Assembly (NCBI GenBank): GCA_965205505.1
Contig: CBDBHB010000009.1
Span: forward strand, 2,752,001 to 2,816,000
Length of the DNA stretch: 64,000 nucleotides
Reading direction: 5' to 3'
Source: Acidobacteriota bacterium
Lineage (GTDB): Bacteria; Acidobacteriota; UBA890; WLXD01
Part shown: positions 1 to 10,487 of the stretch, in pieces
Layout: each line of letters starts with the position of its first letter
Position numbering within the stretch: the first letter of the stretch is position 1
Notes under the pieces: generated by a model
The model's database searches: none
What the model saw: the letters and a program-made list of their open reading frames with translations, nothing else
Told to the model about the DNA's origin: nothing
Made by a program: the position numbers and the translations under genes

Positions 1-351
1 CCCGATCAGGTTGATCCGGCCACCGCGCAAGGCCGCAGTCGGCGGTTGCACGCGCTCGGTGCCGATCTGGAAACGAGCTTCCGGCGCGGCATGCTGGGCA
101 GCAAGGTCCAGGTTCTGTGGGAGTCAAGCGAGCCGTTCGGCGACGGCAACCGCTGGAGCGGCTTGACCGGCAACTACGTGCGCGTGCTCACCGATACGGG
201 GCCAGACGTCGATCTCCGTAACCGATCGATGGCCACCGAGCTGGTGGAGTCGCTGCCGGGTGCTCTCTATGGGCAGTGCGCGGCGACGCGCGGGCGTCTG
301 TACGAGGACGGCTCCGGCGTCCACCACAGGCCACTAACGTGCCGTGACTGA
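1..351 (+). CDS. mtaB: 3' end of a tRNA methylthiotransferase (MtaB-like, C-terminal TRAM-type region); partial at window edge
   Basis: Frame open from base 1: PDQVDPATAQGRSRRLHALG...GSKVQVLWE...WSGLTGNYVRV, typical of MtaB/MiaB-family C-termini. Confidence 0.7.
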   Translation, partial: PDQVDPATAQGRSRRLHALGADLETSFRRGMLGSKVQVLWESSEPFGDGNRWSGLTGNYVRVLTDTGPDVDLRNRSMATELVESLPGALYGQCAATRGRLYEDGSGVHHRPLTCRD

Positions 352-361
352 CGAGGAAGCC

Positions 362-2014
362 ATGAACATGCGCGTTGCGACCCTTACCCTGATGCTCACC
401 CTAGCCGGCGGCGCCTGTGCCCCCGCCGACGGTCCGGCGGAACTCGTGGACGCACCCACGAGCGCCGCGGAGCTCGGCCTCGCCAAGTACATCGAGGTCA
501 GCCTCGAGCCGGACCTGTCAGGTCTGAGCGATAACCAGCGAGCCATCTTGAGCCTGCTGATCGACGCGGCGCTGGCGGTGGACGAGATCTTCTGGATACA
601 GGCGTATGGGGACCGCGCCGAGCTGCTCGAATCACTCGACGCCCCTGCGGAGCGACGCTTTGCGGAGGCTAACTTCGGTCCCTGGGATCGGCTGGACGCC
701 AACACGGCGTTCGTAACCGGCATGGGCGCGAAGCCTGCAGGCGCCAACCTCTACCCTCCCGACATCACGCGCGAGGAGATCGAGGCGGCGGGCAACTCGG
801 AGCTTCGAGCCCTGTACACCTTGGTGCGACGCGACGACGCCGGCGGGCTGATCGCCAAGCCATACCACGAGGTCTTTTCCGATCAAGTGGGACGCGCCGC
901 CGCCAAGCTACGTGAAGCGGCGACGCTGGCCGACGACCCGGGGTTGCAGAACTACCTGGAGCTTCGCGCCACAGCTTTGTTGAACGACGATTATCGAGCT
1001 AGCGACCTGGCTTGGATGGACATGACCGACAACACAATCGAGGTCGTCATCGGTCCGATAGAGGTGTACGAAGACCAGTTCCTTGGCGCCAAAGCGGCGT
1101 TCGAGGCATTGATCTTCATCAAGGACCAGGAGTGGAGCGCTCGCCTAGCTCGCTACGCCAGCCTGCTACCGTCGTTACAACGCACCTTACCTGTGGCCGA
1201 TGCCTACAAGGCGGAAGAACCCGGCAGCGACGCCCAGCTCAACGCCTACGATCTGGTCTATGCGGGCGGAGACGCCAACGCCGGCGCCAAATCGATCGCC
1301 GTGAACCTGCCCAACGACGAGGTCGTCCAACTGCAGAAGGGCACGCGCCGGATTCAGATCAAGAACGGCATGCGCGCCAAGTTCGACGCTATCCTCGTTC
1401 CGATCGCGGCGGAGCTGATCTCGCCCGACCAGCGTGGGCACGTGACGTTTGACGCCTTCTTCGCCAACACGATGTTTCACGAGGTGGCGCATGGACTCGG
1501 CATCAAGAACACCATCGACGGTGGCGGCACCGTGAGGCAGGCGCTGGCCGAGCACGCGTCGTGGGTGGAGGAAGGGAAGGCGGATATTCTCGGTCTGCAT
1601 ATGCTCACCGAGCTAAACGCCAGCGGCGAGCTCGGCAACGCCGATCTGATGGACAATTACGTGACGTTCTTCGCCTCGATCTTTCGTTCGATCCGCTTCG
1701 GGCTCACGAGTGCGCACGGGCGCGCCAATTTGGCGCGTTTCAATTACTTCCGCGACCAGCAGGCGTTCGTGTTCGACGAGGCCACCGGTACCTATTCGAT
1801 CGACCTCGACCGTGTTCAGGCGGCGATCGCCGGGCTGTCGGAGAAGCTGCTGCGCCTGCAGGGTGATGGGGACTATGACGGCACGGCGGCATACTGGTCG
1901 GTAGCCGGGGTGATAGGGCCTGGCCTGCAGGCGGCCCTCGATCGGCTTGGCGAGCGTTCCATCCCGGTCGATATCATCTACCGCCAAGGGCCGGAGGTAT
2001 TGGGGCTCGATTAG
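362..2014 (+). CDS. Dipeptidyl-peptidase III (M49) family Zn hydrolase, probable lipoprotein
   Basis: Lipobox-like LAGGAC; GPWDRLD, GANLYP, IGPIEVYED, AVNLPND, HEVAHGLG and EEGKAD motifs. Confidence 0.85.
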   Translation: MNMRVATLTLMLTLAGGACAPADGPAELVDAPTSAAELGLAKYIEVSLEPDLSGLSDNQRAILSLLIDAALAVDEIFWIQAYGDRAELLESLDAPAERRFAEANFGPWDRLDANTAFVTGMGAKPAGANLYPPDITREEIEAAGNSELRALYTLVRRDDAGGLIAKPYHEVFSDQVGRAAAKLREAATLADDPGLQNYLELRATALLNDDYRASDLAWMDMTDNTIEVVIGPIEVYEDQFLGAKAAFEALIFIKDQEWSARLARYASLLPSLQRTLPVADAYKAEEPGSDAQLNAYDLVYAGGDANAGAKSIAVNLPNDEVVQLQKGTRRIQIKNGMRAKFDAILVPIAAELISPDQRGHVTFDAFFANTMFHEVAHGLGIKNTIDGGGTVRQALAEHASWVEEGKADILGLHMLTELNASGELGNADLMDNYVTFFASIFRSIRFGLTSAHGRANLARFNYFRDQQAFVFDEATGTYSIDLDRVQAAIAGLSEKLLRLQGDGDYDGTAAYWSVAGVIGPGLQAALDRLGERSIPVDIIYRQGPEVLGLD

Positions 2015-2050
2015 CGATAATCTGCCAAGGGATGGCAAGCCTATTGCACG

Positions 2051-2860
2051 ATGCTGAGAGATATGTGGAAAGCGCGTGACCTTCTGGGGGGTACTGAGCC
2101 CCGTGGCACAGATCCGATCGTGGACCGTGACCCGAACTCACCGATCGTTCGGCTACGTGGACTCGAGAAGTGGTACAAGTCGGGGTTCGGCCGCACGTAC
2201 GTGCTGCGCCGTATCAACGCAGACATCCGTCAGGGCGAGTTCGTCACCATCATGGGCCCGTCCGGGGCTGGTAAGTCGACTTTGTTGAGCATCGTCGGAA
2301 TGCTCGACGGGTCATGGGAAGGGGAGTACTACTTCCTGGACTATCCGGTTCATGACCTGAGCTCGAAAGAGCGAAATCGCCTTAATCGCGAATACATCGG
2401 CTTCGTCTTCCAGAGCTACCACCTGATCGACAGCATGACCGTCTACGAGAACCTCGACGTGCCGCTGTCGTATCGGAACGTCAAGCGTGCACAGCGCAAG
2501 AGCATGGTGGCGGACACCCTCGATCGCTTCAATATCGTCGGCAAGAAGGACCTCTATCCGAGCCAGCTATCGGGCGGTCAGCAGCAGCTGGTGGGCGTTG
2601 CTCGCGCCATCATCGGCAATCCCAAGGTACTTCTTGCCGACGAGCCGACCGGCAACCTGCACACCGCGCAGGGCAGAGAGATCATGGAGCTGTTCAAGCG
2701 CCTGTGTGAGGAGGAGGGAACGACCATCGTGCAGGTCACCCACTCCGAGATGAGCGCTGCATACAGCGACCGGATCATCAACTTGCTGGACGGCTGGGTC
2801 GTTGAAGACGATCCGTACAAAGCCGAGCACGCCGAGCCTGCCGAACCTGCCGAGTCGTAG
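2051..2860 (+). CDS. ABC transporter ATP-binding protein (LolD/MacB-like)
   Basis: Walker A GPSGAGKS, LSGGQQQ signature, LLADEPTGNL, VTH. Confidence 0.95.
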   Translation: MLRDMWKARDLLGGTEPRGTDPIVDRDPNSPIVRLRGLEKWYKSGFGRTYVLRRINADIRQGEFVTIMGPSGAGKSTLLSIVGMLDGSWEGEYYFLDYPVHDLSSKERNRLNREYIGFVFQSYHLIDSMTVYENLDVPLSYRNVKRAQRKSMVADTLDRFNIVGKKDLYPSQLSGGQQQLVGVARAIIGNPKVLLADEPTGNLHTAQGREIMELFKRLCEEEGTTIVQVTHSEMSAAYSDRIINLLDGWVVEDDPYKAEHAEPAEPAES

Positions 2861-2965
2861 GGCCGTCCGGTTCTGGAACGACGGTTTCCCAGAATCGGCA
2901 CAGCATTGGCGCTACGGCGCGGCGCACCGCGAAGCCAGCCGGGTGCGGCAGATGGGGCGGCCACT

Positions 2966-2982
2966 TTGGCACGCCGCTTGCT
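2966..2982 (+). promoter_or_regulatory. Sigma54 (-24/-12) promoter
   Basis: TTGGCACG-CCGC-TTGCT matches the YTGGCACG-N4-TTGCW consensus exactly; imperfect inverted repeat CCGGTTCTGGAAC / GTTTCCCAGAATCGG at ~2867-2898 is a candidate enhancer. Confidence 0.75.
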
Positions 2983-2992
2983 TCTTACTTCG

Positions 2993-3205
2993 GGCAAGAG
3001 CTCAGGTGACAGCGAGGACGCCAGCCCTGTTCCGATCATGGACGTAAAGGGGAGCGGCCTGGGGCTGAGGCTGGCGTGCCCGGTGTCACCCGAGCGAGTG
3101 AATACCCGGCGGTATCGAGGACGTCAGCCCTGTCCCGATATGGACGTAAAGGGGAGCGGCCTGGGGGCGATGGCTGGCGTGCCCGATACCGCCGGGTGTT
3201 TCTTT
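2993..3205 (+). ncRNA. Candidate structured small RNA with two tandem ~95-nt hairpin units
   Basis: Units 3000-3095 and 3104-3197 share a core and inner stem; outer stems differ in sequence but stay paired; sigma54 promoter upstream, GTTTCTTT tract downstream. Confidence 0.55.
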
Positions 3206-3365
3206 GCTCGGCGGAGGTCGACCGAGTACGGATTCACGAATCGGCGGTTCGATTTCCTGGATTATAGCCGACGAGAACTGTCAGTTCCGAATGGATCTGG
3301 TGGGCTGGCGTGCCAAAATGTCGCCGCCGGCCGCCCGACATGGCCAGACCCAGGAGGATTCGCTC

Positions 3366-3650
3366 GTGTGTCGAAACATCCGTCCGTTGTTCAATTTCAA
3401 GCCTGTGGCTACCGACGCCGAGGTTCGAGCCTCGGCGTTGCAATACGTACGTAAGATCAGCGGCATGCGGGCTCCGTCGCGCACCAACCACGCGGCGTTC
3501 GAGCAGGCCGTAGACGATGTTGCCGTCGTCTCGCAGCGGCTGCTGGCCAGCCTCGTTACGACGGTGGCCCCGAAGTCGCGTGAAGAAGAGCGCGCCAAGG
3601 CCCGTATGCGATGGGAGCGGCGCGCCGCACGCCTGCAAGCGAGCGGCTGA
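3366..3650 (+). CDS. DUF2277 family small protein
   Basis: GTG start after AGGAGGA; (M)CRNIRPLFNFKPVATDAEVRASALQYVRKISG. Confidence 0.85.
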   Translation: MCRNIRPLFNFKPVATDAEVRASALQYVRKISGMRAPSRTNHAAFEQAVDDVAVVSQRLLASLVTTVAPKSREEERAKARMRWERRAARLQASG

Positions 3651-3712
3651 TGGCCTGGCTGATCGCCGATCGTAGTCGGTCGCGCGCTGCCTGACGATGC
3701 GAGCCTGAGGGC

Positions 3713-4435
3713 ATGGCCGAGCTATCGTATTGCGTGTTCTGTGGCTCTCGGCACGGTGTTCGCCCCGCCTACGCCGCCGCCGCCGCTGCACTTGGCAAGG
3801 CGCTCGTCGGGCGCCGGCTCGGACTGGTATACGGCGGCGGTAACGTCGGTCTGATGGGCGTGATTGCCGACTCCGTGCTGGCGGCGGGAGGCCGGGTCAC
3901 CGGGGTCATCCCCCACGGGTTGGAGGTACGCGAGGTTGGCCACCCGTCTTTGAGCGAGCTTCTCGTGGTGGACTCGATGCACGAGCGCAAGCATCTGATG
4001 TCGGAGCTGTCGTCCGGGTTCGTCGCGTTGCCCGGCGGCATCGGCACCTTCGAGGAGTTGTTCGAGATCAGCGCCTGGGCGCAACTCGGGATGCACCGCA
4101 AGCCCGTAGCTCTCTTGAACGTCGCTGGCTACTACGACCGGCTCTTGGCGATGCTCGACCACGCGGTCGGCGAGGGCTTCGTCGAGTCTGAGCGGCGAGA
4201 GCAACTGATCGTCGACGACGAACCGGACCGACTACTGGACCGCATGGCCGGGTACGATGCTCCCAACGTGCCGCGATGGCTGGGCAGCAAGAAGACTGAG
4301 CTCGGTCGGCACAGGGGCGAACTTGATCCATGCGACGCTGTTGGCGACACTGCTGATATCTCCCCGCTCCAGAAGGGCCCTGCCCGCAAGCGCGATGCGT
4401 CGTCGCAGACGGGTCTGCCACGAGGTGAAGCGTGA
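3713..4435 (+). CDS. LOG family protein (TIGR00730-type phosphoribohydrolase); C-terminal ~45 aa may be read-through
   Basis: CVFCGS, LVYGGGNVGLMG, SMHERK, PGGIGTFEE. Confidence 0.92.
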   Translation: MAELSYCVFCGSRHGVRPAYAAAAAALGKALVGRRLGLVYGGGNVGLMGVIADSVLAAGGRVTGVIPHGLEVREVGHPSLSELLVVDSMHERKHLMSELSSGFVALPGGIGTFEELFEISAWAQLGMHRKPVALLNVAGYYDRLLAMLDHAVGEGFVESERREQLIVDDEPDRLLDRMAGYDAPNVPRWLGSKKTELGRHRGELDPCDAVGDTADISPLQKGPARKRDASSQTGLPRGEA

Positions 4436-6912
4436 AGAAGCTCCTCCGAGGTCTCTCGGTCCTGATCTTGCTCGTCTTGTTCGCCACACCTGCTCATGCG
4501 CAGGTCGGCTTTGGCCGGGTTGTTGCCATTGGCGACGACGAGGTGTTTGTCGGCGAGGCCGGCAATCGGGCGAGCTCTGGGTACGTTTATGTATATCGCC
4601 GAGACGGTAGCGACTGGACCGAGGTGGCAGCCCTCGCGGCCTCGGACGCCACTGACGGCGACGGCTTTGGCAGCGCGATCTCCGTTGGTGGGGAGCTGCT
4701 GCTGGTCAGCGCGGTCACCGAGGAGAACGGCGCTGTATACATGTTCCATCGCGACGGGCGCTCGTGGAACGAAGTCGGTACGCTGATGCGTTCGGGCGGG
4801 CTCGACAGCGACCGGTTTGGCGCCTCCATGTCGCGCGACGGAACGCAGCTGCTGGTCGGTGCTCCCGCCGCCGCCGATGGTTGGGGATCGGCTGTCGTGT
4901 TCGAGATGCAGGACTATCAATGGGTTCAGGTGGCGCGGCTGTCGGGAATGCGTCCGGAGGTCGAGCACGGAGCAGAGGAGGACCGCGACCGGGCGCATGG
5001 CGAGGCCGCCGGCGAACGTGCCGATAGGGGGGAGGATGGCGAGGGCGACGATGAGGCCGAGCCCCCGACACCCGAGCGCTTCGGTTCCGCCGTATTGATC
5101 AGCGATGAGTGGGCGGTGGTGGGCGCTCCCAATGCCAACAAGCGCGCCGGGCTCGCGTACGTGTTCCGCAACGGCGACGACGGCTGGAAGCAGGTGACGA
5201 CGCTAGGGGATTTCTCGGAGGAGAACGATCGCTTCGGCTCATCGTTGGCGATCAAGGGCTCCGAGCTGCTCGTGGGTGCTGTTGGTGCGGGTCAACTCGG
5301 TGCTGTGCGGCGCTTCCAATACGACGCCGAGAACGGCGAGCTCACGCGCGCGGCGAGCATGTTCCCGTTCGAAGGAACGGCGTTCGGCTTCGGCGCTGCG
5401 ATCGCCGTCCAGGGCGATGATGTGTACGTGGCGGCACCGCGGGCCAACAATGGCTCTGGCGTTATATTCCGCTACACCGACGACGGTGCCGGTAACTGGT
5501 CGGAAGTCTCCAAGATCGGTACCGGTGCGTTCGGCCCGCGATCCCGGTTCGCCGCCTCGATGGCAGTCGATGGAGACATCATCGTCGCCGGCATTCCCAA
5601 CGTCGACTTCGGTGCTGGCCAAGCGATGATCCTGACCCGCACCTACGGTGGCTGGGATCGCACTACGGTGCTCTCGGAGATCAAGGCGCTCGAGCGCATT
5701 ACCGGCGCCGCGGTGCCATGCGATGCTGGGCAGGTAGGCCATTTCGAGTGTGCCGGCGTCGACTTGCTTGCCTTCCTGCCAACGCACGAGATCGGTGGCG
5801 GGCGTGGCGTCGTCACCAACGATGTCTGGGGATGGACGGATCCCGACACGGGCCGCGACATCGCCATCGTCGGCCTCAGCACTGCCGCCTCGTTTGTCGA
5901 CGTCACGGATCCATACAACCCGGTGTACTTGGGCAGGCTACCGAGGACGGACGGGTCCAACACCAGCGTCTGGCGCGACATCAAGGTTTACGCCGACCAC
6001 GCGTTCATCGTTTCCGACAACGCCGGTGAGCATGGCATGCAGGTCTTCGACTTGAAGCGGTTGCGCGAGTTCGAAGGCGATCCGATTACCTTCATCGAGG
6101 ACGTGCTCTACACCGACATGAACTCGGCGCACAACATCGTCATCAATGAAGAGACCGCCTTCGCGTTCATCGTCGGTGCCAGTGGCGGCGGCGAGACGTG
6201 CGGCGGCGGGCTGCACATGGTGAACATCGAAGACCCGAAGCAGCCAGTCTTCGCAGGCTGCTTCCAGGACGTACGCACCGGACAGCGCGGTACCGGCTAC
6301 TCCCACGACGCGCAGTGCGTGACTTACCACGGTCCCGACGAGCGCTATGTGGGCCGAGAGATCTGCTTCGGCTCAAACGAAACAGCGTTGTCGATCGCCG
6401 ATGTCAGTGACAAGCGCGACCCGCAGGCCATCGGCATGTCGAGTTATCCGAACGTTGCCTACAGCCACCAGGGCTGGCTGACCGACGATCACCGCTACTT
6501 CTACATGAACGACGAAGGCGACGAGATGACGGGCCTCGTGGAGGGCACGCGGACGATCGTCTGGGATGTGCAGGATCTGGAGGACCCGATCGTGGCCTCC
6601 GAATACGTCTCGGACAATCCCGCAATCGACCACAACCTCTACGTGGTCGGCAACGTGATGTATCAGTCGAACTACGATTCCGGGCTGCGAGTGTTCGATG
6701 TCTCCGAACCGGAAGCGATCAAGGAGATTGGTTACATAGATACGGTGCCATTTGGTGATGACGGCCAGGGAATGGGTGGCTCATGGAGTAACTACCCGTA
6801 CTTCGGCAACGGTATCGTCGTGATCACCTCGATGAGCGAAGGCTTCTTCGTCGCCAAGGTGCGCGACGATGCCCTGCCTGCCGGGGCCTCGAGCGGATCG
6901 GAGAGGGAGTGA
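4432..6912 (+). CDS. Secreted choice-of-anchor B family protein with N-terminal FG-GAP repeats
   Basis: Signal peptide ending AHA-Q; repeated FG.....VGAP units; NDVWGWTDP, WRDIKVY, AHNIVIN, HDAQC, YSHQGWL, DHNLYV, SWSNYPYF. Confidence 0.85.
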   Translation: MKKLLRGLSVLILLVLFATPAHAQVGFGRVVAIGDDEVFVGEAGNRASSGYVYVYRRDGSDWTEVAALAASDATDGDGFGSAISVGGELLLVSAVTEENGAVYMFHRDGRSWNEVGTLMRSGGLDSDRFGASMSRDGTQLLVGAPAAADGWGSAVVFEMQDYQWVQVARLSGMRPEVEHGAEEDRDRAHGEAAGERADRGEDGEGDDEAEPPTPERFGSAVLISDEWAVVGAPNANKRAGLAYVFRNGDDGWKQVTTLGDFSEENDRFGSSLAIKGSELLVGAVGAGQLGAVRRFQYDAENGELTRAASMFPFEGTAFGFGAAIAVQGDDVYVAAPRANNGSGVIFRYTDDGAGNWSEVSKIGTGAFGPRSRFAASMAVDGDIIVAGIPNVDFGAGQAMILTRTYGGWDRTTVLSEIKALERITGAAVPCDAGQVGHFECAGVDLLAFLPTHEIGGGRGVVTNDVWGWTDPDTGRDIAIVGLSTAASFVDVTDPYNPVYLGRLPRTDGSNTSVWRDIKVYADHAFIVSDNAGEHGMQVFDLKRLREFEGDPITFIEDVLYTDMNSAHNIVINEETAFAFIVGASGGGETCGGGLHMVNIEDPKQPVFAGCFQDVRTGQRGTGYSHDAQCVTYHGPDERYVGREICFGSNETALSIADVSDKRDPQAIGMSSYPNVAYSHQGWLTDDHRYFYMNDEGDEMTGLVEGTRTIVWDVQDLEDPIVASEYVSDNPAIDHNLYVVGNVMYQSNYDSGLRVFDVSEPEAIKEIGYIDTVPFGDDGQGMGGSWSNYPYFGNGIVVITSMSEGFFVAKVRDDALPAGASSGSERE

Positions 6913-7985
6913 AGCCGATGGCCCGGAGAATCGTCGGGTCGCTGATCGCGGTGACCTTGATCGTCGTCGTGTTGGCATGGTCGTCGAGCGCGTTGGCGGC
7001 ACCGTCAGGGCGGGTCTACGTGGCCAGTCAAGATGGCGCGGCGATCTCGGTGATCGACATCGAGACACAGCAGCTGATCGCCACGATCGACCTCACGTCG
7101 CTCGGCTTCAACCCCACCTCCAAGCCGCATCACGTGGCCGTCGAGCCCGACGGGTCGCACTGGTACGTTTCGCTCATCGCCGATTGGCGCGTGCTCAAGT
7201 TCGATCGCGACAACAACCTCGTAGGTCAGGCCGAGTTCGAAACACCGGGGTTGCTCTCGCTCGATCCGACCGGCGAGCTGCTCTACGTAGGCCGGTCGAT
7301 GGCGGCGGTGAGCCCGCCAACGCGCATCGGGGTGATCGATCGCGACAGCATGGCGATCGACGAGATCGACGTGTTCTTTGCCCGGCCACACGCGCTAATA
7401 GCGAACCCGAACGGCGAGGTGGTGTACACGGCGAGCCTGGCCGAGAACCGTATCGCGACTGTGGAGCCGGGCGAGGACGGACTGGAGCTTCTCGACGTTC
7501 CGGGTGGGACGCATACCTTCGTTCAGTTCGCCATCTCCCCCGCCGGCGACACGATGGTCACCGGTGGCCAGATCTCTGGTGAGATCCTGGTGTTCGACAT
7601 TAGTGATTCGCGTAATCCGGTCCTGCAGAAGCGCTTTGCGCTAGGTGGCCAGCCTTGGCACCCGGTCTACTCGGCCGACGGCTCGGTGGTGTATTTCCCG
7701 CAACGCACGGCAAATACCGTAGCGGTGATCGACACGAGCAGCTGGGAGTTGGTGGATCAGATCAGCGGCGGGGGGCTCTACGAGCCACATGGTAGCGCCA
7801 TCTCAGGCGACGGCCGCTGGCTATTCGTATCCGGCCGCAACACCGCAGGTGAGTACGGTGATGTCGTCGAGGACGCCAAGCCTCCCGGAACGCTCAATAT
7901 CATCGATACGGAATCCCGGCAGGTCGTGAAGGTGCTCGAGGTGCCAGCGTATGCTGCTGGCGTCGGTGCATCTGGCAGTCGCTGA
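6909..7985 (+). CDS. Secreted YncE/YVTN-like beta-propeller protein
   Basis: Signal peptide; repeats VYVAS...ISVID, PHHVAVEPDG, PHALIANPNG, PHGSAISGDG; overlaps previous stop (GTGA). Confidence 0.85.
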   Translation: MKPMARRIVGSLIAVTLIVVVLAWSSSALAAPSGRVYVASQDGAAISVIDIETQQLIATIDLTSLGFNPTSKPHHVAVEPDGSHWYVSLIADWRVLKFDRDNNLVGQAEFETPGLLSLDPTGELLYVGRSMAAVSPPTRIGVIDRDSMAIDEIDVFFARPHALIANPNGEVVYTASLAENRIATVEPGEDGLELLDVPGGTHTFVQFAISPAGDTMVTGGQISGEILVFDISDSRNPVLQKRFALGGQPWHPVYSADGSVVYFPQRTANTVAVIDTSSWELVDQISGGGLYEPHGSAISGDGRWLFVSGRNTAGEYGDVVEDAKPPGTLNIIDTESRQVVKVLEVPAYAAGVGASGSR

Positions 7986-8070
7986 TCGACTCGGCGCCCT
8001 GGGAGCGCGCACCGGGCTGCCCGGGCAGGCATGGCAGAATTCGTCGTCTTCAAACAACCGAGGTACGTCC

Positions 8071-10487
8071 ATGAGAAAGGCCGGCGCTGCCCTGTCAATG
8101 ATCGCCCTGATCGCGACCGCCACGCCTGCCCTGGCCCAGCTCGGATACGGATCTGCCGCGGCGATCGGCGCCGCCGACGTCTTTGTCGGCGAGCCGGCGA
8201 ACTTGATCGGGCCGGGGGTCGTCTACGTCTATCGGCCGGCCAACGGAGGCTGGCAGCAGGTACAGGAATTGCTTGCCTCGGATGCGAGCGATACCGATGG
8301 GTTCGGCCGTTCGATCGCGGTCGACGGCAACCGGTTGCTCGTGGGTGCAGACTCCGTTGGTGCGGCGTACCTGTTTCGCCAGCAAGCGGGTGCTTGGGAG
8401 GAAACGGCGCGCCTCGCTCCGCATAGCGCCGGCGCCGGCTTCGGTGCCGCGGTGGCGCTCGGCGATGATCTGATCCTTGTCGGCGCTCCCGGCGGCAACG
8501 AAGGTGCAGGGAGCGTGTCTATCTTCGAGCCCGCCGGCGAAGGATGGGCGTTGGCAGACGTTATCGAAGGTGACGGAACGGACGCCGCCTCGGGAGCACC
8601 AGAGGGTTTCGGCGCAACCGTAGCGCAAGCTGGCGATTGGATCTTCGTTGGCGCGCCCGGCGGGCGCGTGGATATGTTCCTCCGCGGTCAGTTTCAGCGG
8701 AACCCGCCGCACGGGAGCGTCTACGTGTTTCGTCGCGACAATGACGGCTGGAGCCGTGTCGACAAGCTCGAATCTCCTCCACAGCGCGCCGCTGGGGCGA
8801 TGTTCGGCTCGAGCATTGCTTTGAACGAAACCGAGGCGCTGATCGGTGCAGTCGGCACCGACGACTTCAGCGGCGCGGTCTACCACTATCGCTATACCCA
8901 AGAGGATGCGAGCTGGACCGTGGCGGGTAGCCTGGCGCCGTTCGATGCCCCCGCCGGCGGTATGTTCGGTATCGATATAGCGCTGGGCGAGGACGAGGCT
9001 CTCGTCGGCGCGCCGGGCGCTGGTACCGGACGGCTGGAGGGGCGCGTCTATCGCTTCAGGCGCGGTCGAACGGGCGAATGGGCCGCCGCCTCGAAGCTCG
9101 GTACCACAGGTCTCAGGTTCGGCTCCGCATACGGCGCCGCGCTTGCCGCGAAGGATGATCTGGTCGTTGCCGGGCTCCCGGGTGACGATTATGGTGCCGG
9201 TAGCGCCGTCATCATGAGCCGGTTGGCGGACGGCTGGGACCGTTCGCACGTGCTGAGCGGAGCACGCGGTCTACCCGCGATCACCGGCGGAGCGGTGGAG
9301 TGCGTCGACGGCCGCGCCGGGATCTTCGAGTGCGACAACGTCGACCTGATCGCCTTCCTCCCGGTGCAGGCCATAGGTGGAGGGCGCGGCGTGACCACGA
9401 ACGACATCTGGGGCTGGACCGATCCGCAGACCGACCGCGACTACGCCATCGTTGGCATGCGCGATGGTACTTCCTTCGTCGATGTGAGCGATCCGTACGT
9501 CCCCGTCTTCGTCGGCAAGCTGTCGAAGTCAGCCGACTCCCCCGCCAGCCTGTGGCGTGACATCAAGGTCTACGCCGATCACGCCTTCATCGTTGCCGAC
9601 GCTTCCGGGCCGCATGGGGTACAGGTCTTCGACCTGACTCAGCTACGAGAGTTCGAGGGCACGCCACTCGTCTTTAGCGAAGCGGCGCACTACAACGGTG
9701 TGAACTCGTCACACAATATTCACATCAACGTCGATAGCGCCTTCGCGTACGCGGTGGGCAATAGCTCCGGCGGGGAAACGTGCGGCGGTGCGCTGCACAT
9801 GATCAACGTCGAGGATCCACGCAACCCGATCTTCGCGGGATGTTTCGAGCCACAGGCGGGCAGCCCGCGCGGCCCCGGTGGTACGCACGATGTGCAATGC
9901 GTCACCTACGAGGGCCAGATGAGCGCTATCGAGGACGGGAGGTGTGCTTCAGCTCCGACGGACGGGCTTTCGGCATCGGCGACGTCACCGACAAACGCAA
10001 CCCGCGAGTGATCGCCCTAGCGATCTACCCGAATCTAGCGTACACGCATCAGGGCTGGCTCGACGGGGAGCACCGCTACTTCTATATGAACGACGAGGGC
10101 GATGAAATCGCCGGGCTCGTCGTTGGCACACGGACGCTGATCTGGGACGTGCAGGATCTGGAGGATCCGATCCTCGTAGGCGAGTACACCACCGACAACC
10201 CCGCCACCGACCACAACCTCTACATCGTCGGCGACGTGATGTACCAGTCGAATTACCGCAGTGGTTTGCACGTGCTCGATATCAGCGAGCGCGAGCAACC
10301 GCGGCCGCTCGGTTTCTTCGACACCGTACCGTGGGGCGACAACGACGGCATGGGCGACATCCTGTCCGGGGCGATCGGCTCGTGGAGCAACTACCCGTTC
10401 TTCGACAGCGGCGTGGTGGCCGTAACTTCCGGCAAAGAGGGTCTGTTCATCCTCAAGGTGCACGACCCCGACCGGTACCGCCCCTAG
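8071..10487 (+). CDS. Second choice-of-anchor B/FG-GAP paralog, with a frameshift near 9913
   Basis: Colinear with 4432..6912; ORF 7951..10011 gives ...HDVQCVTYEG and ORF 9780..10487 continues GPDERYRGREVCF...; one extra base restores the frame. Confidence 0.85.

Noticed and set aside
3000-3197. CRISPR mini-array, or known riboswitch (ZTP, glycine, guanidine), interpretation of the tandem repeat
   Set aside because: Only two full units, the variable parts are self-complementary stems rather than spacers, no cas genes, and diagnostic riboswitch consensus blocks are not found
2906-3454. 182-aa ORF containing MDVKGSGLG twice
   Set aside because: Weak TTG start, runs through the sigma54 promoter and out of frame into DUF2277; the variation between repeats preserves base pairing rather than protein sequence
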